Origin: Sarea resinae
Lineage: Eukaryota
Reading direction: 5' to 3'
Assembly (NCBI GenBank): GCA_026026165.1
Contig: JAPEUD010000012.1
Span: forward strand, 248,001 to 312,000
DNA length: 64,000 nt
This document shows, piece by piece, positions 24,084 through 36,398 of this stretch (position 1 is its first letter; every line of letters starts with the position of its first letter). Under the pieces are notes generated by a model, which worked only from the letters and a program-made list of their open reading frames with translations, had not been told where the DNA came from and searched no databases. The translations under genes and the position numbers were made by a program.

Positions 24084-26437
24084 TTAATCAAACCTAATCT
24101 TGGTCGCCGTCTTGGTCGCGGCGCCCGTGTCCTTGAAGAAGGCGCCGTAGGCCTCGTGGCCCTTCTTCTTGACCGTGGTGCCGAACTTCAGCAGCTCGTC
24201 CGGGATCGGCTGGTTGGCGGCTTTGAGGACGTTGATTAAGCTGCACGGAAGTGGGAAAAAAAAGGTGCGTTAGCGTTTCTTTTCTCCTTTTTAAAGATTG
24301 AGTTTGGGGGGGGGGGGGATGCGATTATTGGGTAGAGAGATGATGAGGATGAAGGAGAAGGTGGTGATGATGATGATGATGATGATGGGATGGGTGGATT
24401 GAGGGATTTTGTTATGTAAGAGGGACAAGAGAAACTTACGCTCCCGATTGGGCTTTGTCGTGTTCGGTGAAGAGAGTGATGGCGATGCCGTCGGCGCCAG
24501 CGCGACCGGTCCTGTAAGACAAAAGACAATCGTAAGCACGTAAAGGAAGAAGAGAGGAGGGTAAAGGTCAAAAGAAAGAAAAAAAAGTCTTCGCTGATCT
24601 TGCCCACACACAACTCACCTGCCAATGCGATGGACGTAGTCCTCGACGGTCAGGGGAAACGTGACATTAATGACCATCTTGACGGCGGGGATATCGAGGC
24701 CGCGGGCCGCGACATCGGTGGCGACGAGCAGCGGCACCTTGCCGGACTTGAAGGCGTCGAGGCTGGCGGTGCGCTGCTGCTGGCTGAGATCGCCGTGGAT
24801 GCCGGCCACGCGCAGGCCGCCCTGGACGCGCAGGAAGTTCTCCACCCGCGTGGCTTCCTTCTTGTAAAGGCAGAAGACGAGGATGCGGTCGTCACGCTGG
24901 CGGCCCGATTGGTGCTGCTTGAGGAGCTGGAGGAGCCGCTGCTCTTTGCCGCGCGGGTCGACCACCTCGACGGTCTGCGCGATGCGCGTGTTGGCGCGCA
25001 GCTCGCCGGTTGGGTTGTCCCCGATGGCGATCTTGACCGGCGTGCGCATGAATGTGGCTGCGAGGTCTTGCACGGATGTCGGCCAGGTGGCTGTGAACAT
25101 GAGCGTCTGGCGGTGTTCTTTGGGGGGCGTGGTGTTGATGATCTTCCGGATCTCTTCCTCGAAACCTGCAGGGCGCAATGTTAGCATCGGACTTTTCAGA
25201 CGTGGGGAAGAGAAAGATGGTGGTATCTCAGGGGTAGCTAGACAAGCAGGCAGGCAGGCAGGCAGGCAGGCAAGTAGGTGGCTAGGTCGGTACCTTTATC
25301 CAGCATTCTATCAGCTTCATCGAGCACCAGATAGCCAACGTTACTCAGGTCGGCAGAGCCCTCGTTGATCAAATCGTTCAGGCGGCCGGGTGTGGCTACG
25401 ACGATACTGGCCGTCTTCAGCATCCTCCGCTGGTCCTCCTTGGCCACCCCGCCGTAGACGCACACGACAGAGAGGCCGGCGGGCGTGGCCAGCTTGATCA
25501 TCTGGTCGTGGATCTGCATCGCCAGCTCCCGGGTCGGGGACACAATGACGGCTTTCGCGCCTCTCTGCTTCTTGCTCTTGGGCAAGGAGTCGATATAGCG
25601 GATGCAGGGGACGCCAAAGGCCAACGTTTTGCCAGAACCCGTCTCGGCCACGCCGACGACATCCCGGCCCGCGAACAGGAATGGCCATGCCGCGGATTGA
25701 ATGGGCGTTGGCGATGCAAATGTCTTAAATGGTGCGCGCTGCGCCTCGTCGGTGATCGGGAGGAAGGAGAAAGAGGTGATGGGACGTAAGACCGGCGAAG
25801 TGGACGACGGGTCCGTGACCGTGATGAAGTGCTTCTGAAGGAAGGAGTCGATCTCGGCTTGCGGGAGTGCAGTCAAGGCAGGATCCTGGACGTATGCTCC
25901 GAGCGAGGACGAGACTGGAACGACGGACCCAGAGACGGTGGTAGATGCGCGAGTATTCGCAGCTTCATTAGTGACACCATTCGTAGTAGCAGTAGTCGAC
26001 GACTCCAGCTCGGCTTCATGTCCGGTTTTCTGCTTCTTCGCGAGCTTCTTCGCCTTTCGCTCCGCCTTTTCGGCCTTCCGTGCAGCCTTGGCGGCAGCAG
26101 CGTCTTCATCTGCTTTATCCTCGCTGTCGTCCTTGACTTCGGCCTCAGGATGACCTCTTTCGTCCTTCTTGGCTTTCTCCGCTTTCTTCAACTTCTTCAG
26201 CCTCTTCTTCTCCTTGCGCTCTTCTTTGGAAAGCTGCTTCTCTCCGTCAGCGTCCACATCGTTCGACACAATTGCAGCAGCCGACGAGTCCCCGTTTGCG
26301 ACGACGGGGTTTAGGTTCTCTGCGCTGGATTTGGATTTCCGGCTTTTCTTGCTTGGATGCACCACCGCATCGGCTGAAGAATCAGCAGCCTTCTCGGCCA
26401 ACAGAGCCGCATCTTCTCGAATTCTCTTGCCCATCAT
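24084..26437 (-). CDS. DBP3: DEAD-box RNA helicase Dbp3
   Basis: Lys-rich N-terminus; [50 protein letters not shown]-terminus [23 protein letters not shown]-stop. Confidence 0.95.
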
Positions 26438-26705
26438 GCAATTGTAACTGGATATCCTCGTGGCAGTAGAGTAGTGTGTTTCGTCGCATTCAACAATATT
26501 CGCCTACTTACCGGTGCACACTTTTCCACGCCACAGATTTATTTTCTCGATCTTCCGTCTACCGAAAGCTACGACCCCTACTAGATCTAATCTAATCGGT
26601 TCGAGATTGCTCCACATCATCTATCAATTGCGCTGACCACAAACTTGCGATATCCTTCATTAATCTAAAGTAATTCTATATCCTTAGACTCCGACACTGA
26701 TCCAT

Positions 26706-28014
26706 CTATTTTATAACGCAGATGATCTTGCCCTTTGTAACATTGCGCTCCATCAGCTTGTGCGCTTCGACAATCTCCTCGAACGGAAGGACTGTGTCGA
26801 TATAGACCTTGAACGAGCCATCCTTGAATTTGGGCAAAGCATGCTCAACCACTAGGTTTCTCAATTTGCCTTGATAATCCTCGTCTCGGCTTCTCAGGCT
26901 ACTCCCCTCGAATCTTAGCCTCTTTCGAACAAATCCACTTATATCTACCCCAGCGGGTAGCTTGGTCCCACTCATTGCACCCAGGTGGACAATATGGGCA
27001 TCTCTGGCTCCCACGTCGAGGTTTCCCTGAAAGTAGCTCTGTCCGATGAAATCGATGATTAGATCGACGCCTTTCCCATCGGTAGCCTTTAGTATTTCCT
27101 TTGACCAGTCCTCGGTATGGTAATTGAATCCCGCAGTGGCGCCGAGCTCCTTCACGCAAAAGTCAATCTTCTCCTGTGAGCCCGCCGTGACATATATGGC
27201 GGATGCCTTATCATGGCGGCTTAGCTGGATACCGGCAATCGAAACCGAGGATGCCCCAGCATGCCAAAGGACGGATTTGCCGGCCGTGTACTCGCCAACG
27301 TAGTACAGCGCCTGGCAAGCCGTGATCCAAGTCTGCAAAGAGCAATGTGGTCAAATTTAAGTTGTGGTATCGTAAGGCAGTGTCATTTACCTCTGGAATC
27401 CCTGCAGCCTCCTCCCAAGACATCTCTTTTGGCTTGTGGATGAGCATTTTGGTTGATACGGCTATGTATTCCGCATATGCCCCTTCGCAGATAAGTTTAG
27501 TATCGTAACCTCGAACTATCCAGACCCTCAACTCACCTCCATACGCCAATCCGAATACCTCGTCTCCGACCTTGAAACCTCCCTCGGCTTTGATTGCTAC
27601 GCTTTCGATGGTCCCCGAGAATTCGACACCCAGGGTTTTCGATGCCTGCGGTGGGACCGGGTACTGCCCTTCTCTCTGCAGCAAATCCATTCGGTTCAAA
27701 CCGAAGGCCCTGATCTTTACAAGGGCGTCTGTGTCTTTAGGGGTAGGCTTAGGTATGTGATCGACAAACAAGCTCTCCGCCGGCCCCGTGCCATTTTTGA
27801 TACCTATCATTGAAATGTTAGTCATGAGCGATCGATACCGGCAAGGCGGAGTCCAAGGCGGGAGACACGAAGATCGACGAGCAATTTCACACATCAACGA
27901 GGCCACGTCTAATGTATAGACTGGCGCCAAGGGAGGCAAGTTCCAGATATCACACACGGTATATAGTGGGCAGTTGGGGAAAGGCATACCAATTGCGCGC
28001 ATCGTTTCGCCCAT
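26706..28014 (-). CDS. NAD(P)H quinone oxidoreductase, PIG3/zeta-crystallin MDR family
   Basis: MGETMRAI|GIKNG; GLNRMDLLQREGQYP; LGVEFSG; GGAYAEY; PETWITA; HAGASSVSIAGIQ; NVTKGKII. Confidence 0.92.
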
Positions 28015-28940
28015 GTTCACCCAAAGTTGAATGTTAATTCAAGTCCTTAAAGTAGAGATATTGATTAATTGCGGCCGTTTGACGCAGGGAACAGCGGTTT
28101 TTGTAGAGAAATCTTTTTAACGCTGTGAGTATTTGATTGTGGAGAACACAACAAGTTTTGCTTGAATCTAGTCCGTGCTTAAATCTCTCCCCTCAAAAAA
28201 TATAAAGGCCGATGTGATATGGACATGGAAATAATGACGTGCCCGGGGGTTGCGGTCTTATTTAGAGCACGGGTTGTATGAGGGGTGATTGGAAAGCAGT
28301 GGGGAAGTAGCGCTACCTGATACGAGGAGCCTGAATACTTCTCTCGCTCGCAGATCTGGCAGCGAAAGGAAGTATGAGGATGCCGGAGATCTTGTATGCG
28401 GTCCTTCTTGCGAATTATCATTATCAATATTGTCTAGACCAGAGTAAACGAGGGGCGACCGACCGCGTAAGAGAAGCTGAAGCAAGGTCAGTTCACTCAA
28501 ACAAACATCGCGTAACCGCAGTCATGTTGACTAATATATCTGTTCGGACGTGGAAGATATTCCCCGTTTTCTCGCTATCATCGTAGATGGAGTAAAGCAA
28601 GCGGATAGGTTGAGTGTCCTGAGTCCATGTTCGTTTGCAGACGAGAGCATCTACACAGTAGTAGAGCGCCGAGGTGGCCCTGGAGAAACAAACCTGTAGA
28701 GCAATTGTTTTATGCCACCCATTAAATCCGAAACCCTTGAGCGCTGGCTAAACAATCGCAGGAACCGATCCATTGTAGGGCACTTGTCGAACGACGAACG
28801 AATCTTTGCTCGAAAAGAAATGCGACGACTTTTCGTCTGTCCTCACCAGCAACTTCTTACTCTATAGATCATCTTCACTTTTGTGCTTCCATCTATCTGT
28901 TCAGTGCACTGCCCGATGGGTGCAAATACAATGCACGACG

Positions 28941-30826
28941 ATGTCGATTTCAAGAGCGAATACAGAACATACGCCCATCAGCGGCGATGCCATCCTGCTT
29001 TCACCTGGCTCTATCGATGTCCTCACACAACAGTTAGCCTCGATTGTTGCGGAGGTCAAATACCACGAGATCTGGGGAGTGGATCTCCGCAAAGGAGACC
29101 CAACACAGATCAGAACTATCATGGTTAATGTGAGCGATCCATCTTCGTTATTAGGAGCGGCCACTTAATCAGGCAGTATCTCTCCCAATCTTTTGCTATT
29201 CCGGAATTGCAAGTTCTTAGAGCACGGAAGGCCATTGTCGACTCGCTCTGGTGGCGGAAGAGGCAAAGGCCGCATATGCTCATCGCTCGGCACATCAGCG
29301 TACTTACCACACTCAACTTGGTGCATATCACATATCTTCCAGACTCGTATGTGATGTGGACTACCATAGATGAGAAAACGATGAAGAGATATTCACTTAT
29401 CACAGAGGAGCTCCGGTCAGAATCAGGGCTGGTCGGCCTATGCATATCCGCGATTGAAAGTCTGATTCGCATCATGTTTGAGCATTATCCTGCATCCTCG
29501 GATCTCAAAGCTATTCACGTCTTGGAATGCCGACCTTTCTCCTCACCAGATACTCGCCCACATAATTTGGGATACCGATCGAAGCTTTCTGGAGCCTTGA
29601 GAACTCTTATCACCGTGCTCTGCTCTCATTATCCACACACTCTCAGGGAGCTGTACATCATCAGCCCAGACTTGGACTTCCTTGCTACCCTTCCTCTGCC
29701 CGACGCCATTGCCCCGAAACTTACCATCTTGACAAAAAAACAGGATCTTGCTGTCCATCTGGGGTCGAAAGTCCCATCTGATTTTGGTGGAAATGGTGCA
29801 TCCCTGATTGACAGCGATATCCTTCGAAGTCATAAGGGCTATGAGGAGTCTGGACATTCTAACGTCCCTACACATAATCAGACGGAAGTCAGATTCAAAG
29901 ATACCGAAGGAACTAATGATGCTCAGGAAGTGTCCGAGGAGCCGACAAAGACTGGTGAAGATAAAGCACCGCGTCTGATCTACTCGGACAAAATCGGACC
30001 ACCAGACATCATCCTAGATCCGAAAGATCTCGAGTCTTCCGCTGAAATGTGCCCCAATAAAATGGGTGCCCGGCTTGTTCACTGTGATTCGGACATGGTC
30101 GTCAAGTTTGGACTCGGCGTCCGTCTAGCGGAGGCAGAGGCAATGCATTTGGTGTCTAATCGGACCACTATACCAATTCCACGCCTTCTGAGTGCTTACA
30201 TTCTGGATGGTACATGCTATATCATTATGTCTTACGAATCTGGTGAGCCATTGAATAGGTTTTGGGACAAGGCTTCAAAACAGCAGCGGGAAAGCGTGAT
30301 CGACCAACTTCGCGACAGCGTGCGTCAGATGCGAGCTATTAAAGGCGACTTTATTGGCGGAGTGGATGAGTCTCCTTGTCGGGACGCTCTATTTGAAGCA
30401 GGGTGGGCCGACGAGAAACACACATATGGTCCTTTTAGCTCCGAGAAAGACTTCAACGAAGGCATCATTCAGGCACTGGAGGATAGACTCCCACCAGAGG
30501 TACGCGACAGTCCGAGAGATCCGCAGTCGTCTTTTGAGATCTCCGAGTATATCAACCGCCAGACAGTGCGCGGACTCAAGGGCCATGAAATCGTCTTCAC
30601 CCACGGAGACCTCGCATATCACAATATACTCGTCCGGGAGGATGGCACTGTTGTCATCATCGACTGGGGTCTGGCAGGGTTCTGGCCTGCGTACTGGGAG
30701 TTCTATCGTGCAATGTTCAACCCGGGTTGGAAGGAGTCGTGGGATTTGGAGGTGGAGAAGTTTGTGCCGCCCTACTACGTCGAGTGGGCTACTCTCAAGC
30801 GTACTCTTGCGATCATGTGGGGGTGA
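28941..30826 (+). CDS. Fusion of a divergent CRAL-TRIO/Sec14 (Sfh5-like) N-terminus with an APH/choline-kinase-like phosphotransferase, ~612 aa
   Basis: Exon 28941-29129; intron 29130-29176 (GTGAGC..TTAAT..CAG); exon 29177-30826. N-half: HEIWGVDL, SLWWRK, HYPHTL, VPSDFGGNG. C-half: VVKFG..EAEAM..IPIPR, HGDLAYHNIL, IIDWG..PAYWE. Confidence 0.8.
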
Positions 30827-31755
30827 GGGGAGACTCTGCTCACCTACAGGGGCCTGGCAGTGGCTCTCTGAACTGGGTAGAAAGCTTCCATCTAAGGCAT
30901 ATCCTTTCTGCTTTTTTGTGGCTTTTCAAGTTCACCGCCCGAGACTGCACATTGCGCCCCAGCAAGCCTCTGATGCAAAGATCTCAAGATGCAGATCGCT
31001 TTCCGAGACTCCAACGTCTTCAGCAATCCAAAGACATGGGGCCGCCAGGCAGGCAGGCAGGGCGATGGAATGATCAAAGGGGCCAGACTCTGTCAGAGGT
31101 AGATAGTAGACTAGGTAGTGGAAAGCGTATGCTAGAAGATAGGGGAGAGAACAGAGCGGATAGTGGAATTCTATCTTTCCAGAACGTGGTGTAGAAAGAC
31201 ATATAAGTATACGAGATACACAGCAGCATACCCTCTATATCGAGCAGGATTTCGAACTTCAGATTCCATCTTAGCGACTAACGACAAAACATCGCCCTTC
31301 CTTATTGATCAGTCTGATATCATTCATTCTTCAAATTCCTAAAGCTTCAACTGATTAGATTTGAACTCTTATATCTCACCACCACCACTACTACCACCAC
31401 AAATGCCTGTAGTGGATCCCTGAGAGATATCAATACCTCTGGCTGACACGACGCGGAGAGGGGTGGAAAATGGACAGGAATGCGTAAAGCAAGAAGCTCT
31501 TATTATTAGCCCCCTGACCTATGAGACATAACGCCTTACAAACATCAGATTGGGGGCGAGCAAGCTATGCTGCCTTTAAATCAAGAAGCAGAACGGAAGA
31601 GAGGTTTGATCAGCCCCTCTTTGTCTAAGTTTCTGAGTGGAGCGGAGCACCTTGACCCTTTGCGTCATCTTCCGGCAATAAGAAACGCTTGCCGTGCATA
31701 TACGCGCAGAGAACAACAACAGTCTAGCTATTTTTTTGAACCGACGAAGACGCCA

Positions 31756-33898
31756 TTAGTCAAGAGAATACGCCTTGATCAGATTCGCCAGCTTGACGGC
31801 CTCGGTGGAGTAATTGATAGCGTTGGCGAATGAGACCTGATATCGAACCCTGTACGCTCGGGAAAGAAAAAAACATATCAGCAAGCTATCAATATGCCGA
31901 GCAAGGGAGGATGAACAACGAACCTCTGTTGGTCTTGAAAATTGTCCATTTTGGCCCGACATCGGAAGATCCACGGCCTGCAATTGGCTTCCTGGAACGC
32001 GTCTGCAGCTGCCTTCTCGTCGTTCTCTTTCAGCTCCATCAGCTGGTCCGCGCTCATGCCCATGATCAACCTTCCCACCTCGTCAAAACAACTCAGCCAG
32101 ATTTGGCCCGTGTGATCGGTGACGTTCAGAGACATGATATATCGGTATTCGGGCTTGGGGTGTGTCTTGTCGCACTTCTCGCAACGCCATTGCCCAGGAT
32201 CGATTTCGACGACCTTCTTATTACAAGATTCGGAAAGACAGGCTGGGTAGGCGAAGACGTCTTGCTTGACGTAGATGATCGTTGCCTTGGCCGTGAAGTA
32301 GTCCGTATTCTCCGACATGCCTAGATTCTCATCCTTGACCTCGGCAATCGTCTTGTATGATTCAGCTCTACCAGCGCCGGCGGTAGGGGCCATTGAAGCA
32401 TGACTGGTGAACGTATCAGTTTGACCTCGGGCATCATACCACCCCTTGAGCTTGTGCGCTTCATCAATGTCGGGATCCACGGTCATGGAGCCAGAGCTTA
32501 GCAAGCTCAAACTTCTCCCACCATAATCGGACACTTTTACGCCCTTGAACGCAATGACGGAATCCAACGGTACGTCGAAATTTGTTGCCGTCGCGCCCCA
32601 GATGGTCAATCGCACCGAGAAATTGGTGTTATCGACAAGTGTGAGATCGCGCTTGTCGTAGGGCTTGCTAGTAGTCTTCGAAGTAATTTGAGACACTTCG
32701 CCAATTTCTTTCAGGACCCCTATGGTATCGATTGTGGTGTCTTTCTCGACAGATTGTAGGTCGCCGATGTTTGTGAAATTGAATCTGACTTGAGGAACGC
32801 TATCTTGATCTTCGGCCTGGAGTAATGAATGAGATTTCTGTGTTGCCACTTTATATGGCCGGATTGACTTACTTTCTCGACCATCGTGTCTCTTTCAAAA
32901 GACAGCTCATAGTCATTGTTCAGATTAGTGAACTGCTTCTTCGCCAATTGTACTCGGCAAGGGCTTGTGATATAGTAGACACTGCCTTCATGGAGGATGT
33001 CGTAGAGCATGTCACATTGGTCGTTGAAGCCCGTTGCTTTGATCTCTCCGCTATCATCCAACAAGTTGACACTGAAAAGCTTCCCTTCACCGTTTTTATT
33101 GTGCCATGTCTTGATATCAGATTTATGTGTGACTCGAGCCTTGATCGTCCATTTGTGGGCGTACGGCGACAGAGCCTCGATCGGGTATATGTTCGCGTGG
33201 GCAGATGATGCACCAGGGCCCACAGGTCCGCGAGACTGTAACGAACGATTCTGGGCTGGCTGTTGTGCCTCTTGAGGCTTATTGCCATAGAAGCCATTAC
33301 TCGAGATTGTCGTTGGCTGCGCCGTGTTTTGATCCTCCGACTGGAGCTCTAATGCTTTGGGGTCGCCAATCTTTTCACATTCTCCAAGCCACTCGAGCAC
33401 CTCGAGGTCAAGTACAATGATGATCCTGACGCTCTTTGTCAGAGTTGAGCGTAAAGACGGCGAGTAGTGCCTACCTCTTGCCCTTGACTTGATTCGCTTG
33501 GTATGATTTAAGTCGACAGAAAGATCCCTTTTTGAGTTTCCCGTCACGGACGACATGGTTTGCCTCTGTGGTAGATGAGGGTCAGTACCGACCCTATGAG
33601 CATCAAAACTATGATGGACCACTCACGAGTGGCAAGCATGCTCTGTACAAAGTTTTGAATGTCGCTGAAGACCACCCGATACCTCTCGGGAGCATTCGGC
33701 TGACCGGCCAAAGGCTTGATTTGTACGCACTGAAGAACTGGTTCAGCTACAGAAGAGTCTGCATTGCCTCCGGCAGAGAAGATCGCGCTGTAGACATGTA
33801 AGCAGGATGACGAAGCCCGGGAGTAGATCGGAAGAAAGACGAGACTGAACGTACTTCAAGGCCCCTTGAGAGACATGGGATGCGGGATCAGAAGCCAT
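31756..33898 (-). CDS. RFA1: Replication protein A large subunit (RPA70), multi-exon
   Basis: YRVVFSDI; IYPIEALSPYAHKWTIKARVT; GEGKLFSVNLLDDSGEIKAT; YPAC..CNKK..CEKC zinc finger. Confidence 0.96.
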
Positions 33899-34296
33899 CT
33901 TGGACTTTTAGAGGATTCTGGAAAAGATGGTTGATGGTTATGGAGCGGTGCTGCCGACCAGGAGCTTCTGCGGAACTGACGTGGTGGCGATCGACGGAGT
34001 TGTTTGGGGATGGAGAAACAAGCGACGCGATGGCGCGTTGAGTGGTTTCGTGTTTGGGCACCCCGCCCCCGCTACGCCTTGTATCGTACCTACTACCACG
34101 CCCAGCTACGTTACACAGTTGATAGCTAGGCTGACGACGAGTATTCATTACATCCGTTGCCTTTATTCATGATCCATCGTGTGATTGAAGTGCTGCCCTT
34201 GAGACCTCGTGTGCCGCACTAAACCATTCTGTGGCCTCCTTTCAAAGAGAATACTTTCATATCACCGTTGACGTCTTGATCCTACATCTCTACAGT

Positions 34297-35692
34297 ATGT
34301 CAGAGCCAGAGATAGCTACCAAGGCCCCCGAGAGTGACGCGGCCGAAGACAGCCATGCCCTGGGAGACACTCCTGCTCAGACTGGCGCAAGCATGGGCGT
34401 AAGCATCCACACGCATTCTTTACGCGCGATCTAATGGTCTCATGATAGGAGCATTGTGTGACTGATAGACCCACACGTATGTACTCGAAGAAGCCTTTCA
34501 AATGCCATGATGCGGTGACTGAGGCCTTCTTCAGCTACTGGGAATACTCCAACCGGCGTCAGTTAATTGACTACCTCATCCTATTCATCGGCTTACCTGT
34601 CACAGGAGATTTCGAAGTTGGGAGGCGTTGATGTTTGCAGACCATCTTGTGTGTGGCCGTTACGGTCTTGACTGACCGTCCATGCAGGTTTACATCACTA
34701 AGCCAAGCGACTACCCTCATTCGCCATCAAAATTGCTGCTTCTCCTCACCTCAGGTACTGGAATACATTCTGTCAACAATCAGCTCCAAGCAGACAAATT
34801 TGCTGGAGAGGGTTTCCTGGTAGTGATGCCGGATCAGTCAGTCTTGTGTATCGCATGCCATGAACCATGAGACCTAACACTAGGCACTTTGTAGATTTGC
34901 TGGGGATCCAGCCCCCAGTAGCGGGACAGGCCCTCAAACCTACGAAAGCCATAATCCTTCCTTGATTGAGCAAGTGAAGCTTCGAGCTGCAGAGACCGCT
35001 AAATCGTTTGTACTCGACATGTGGCTTGCACGCCATACCCCTGAGAAGGTCATGCCCTTGCTCCAAAACGTCATCGAGGGAGCCAAGGAGGAATTTGCTG
35101 ATGCAGTGGCAAGCGGCGATGGCTTATATGCTGCCGGATACTGTTTTGGGGCAAAATATGTATTGTTGCTCGCAGGTGAACGTTCTGATGCTGCTATGTG
35201 GGGTCAGGCTCCAAAGGATGAGGAGGAAGGACTCGTCTCCAGTGGCCCCCTTATCAAAGCTGGAGCAATAGCCCATGGTAGTCTTGCCGTTGAGATCAGA
35301 AGATTCTTACTGATGGTAAATAGGCACTCTTATCATGAGGGAGGATTTTGAGACCCTCAAGTCACCGGTCACAATAGCTTGTGTAGGTTCGTTTGGCACT
35401 CCTTGATCCTTGCCTAATGACTACGTTCTCACCTTTTTCTAGAGGACGACTCATTATTCCCAGACGCCTTGCGAGAAGAATGTCGCCAATTGCTCGAAAG
35501 CCGTAAGACTGAGCACGAAATCAAGGTGTACAGTAATGTCCCTCATGGTGTGTAGTCTTGAGCCTCGACTCGTATCAGTTCTCTAATACACGTTTAGGTT
35601 TTGCTGTCCTCGGTGAGTATAACGATCAAAAGATTCAAGATGCTCAAGCTTCGGCCTATGATCAAATGCTGTCATGGCTGCAGAATCATTAA
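34297..35692 (+). CDS. Dienelactone hydrolase family protein (many short exons)
   Basis: GEHCVTDRP; LLLTSGTG..NNQLQAD; GYCFGAKY nucleophile motif; EDD; VPHGFAV. Microexons 34449-34476, 34535-34557, 34606-34632. Confidence 0.88.
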
Positions 35693-36398
35693 GAGGGTCC
35701 TTATCTGTCATACTATTCTCAGAAGGCCATGGAAGAAGCATCACCAGCGTTCGTGTAGTACTTTGGCAGGACGTGAGCTAGCAATACAACGAGAACGTAG
35801 CATGCCTAAGTCTCGGTCGTTTCGCGCTCGTGCGTATTATTGCTGCTGAAACGGATATGATGAATGAGACAACGAGTATATGCAATCAGGCACGTCACAT
35901 TTGAGGCCAAATTCTCGCTGGTCTTAACTTTACAAATTCAAAACCTTAGTATTTTCCAACTGAGACTCCAGCAAGCTGGAGGGTTTCTAACGTACGAAGT
36001 ACCCAAGGTATCTACCTAGGTACCTAGGTACCTGGTAGGTGTCGCGGGGTGGAGGGGGTACTTTGTAGGCAAGCGTAACCTGTAAGACTCAACAGGTACC
36101 TGCATATCACTCGTCATCGCTCACCGGAGGAATGGTGGCGGACTGACATCAGCAGGTGGGTAGGTGGTAGTAATGTTTGCTTTGTTTGTCACCAGCTAGC
36201 ATGGCCAGGTGAAGACCTAATGCTGCGAATGCTCCGTGTAAACAGATATGCAGCTCTGTTTGAACCTCAACCTCTGATTGTCACTCCTCACCGTAAACGC
36301 CCGTCTTCTCAGGCAGTCCACGTATCGATTCCCACCGAATTGCGATCAACGGTCATCTCAGTCTTTTTGCCCGCCTTGGTCAAGCCAGAAGCTTCAAC

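Noticed and set aside
26670..26708. Stop-codon readthrough to a cryptic peroxisomal PTS1
   Set aside because: The extension ends in LRI, not an SKL-like signal. No TGA-CTA context at the gene stops I checked.
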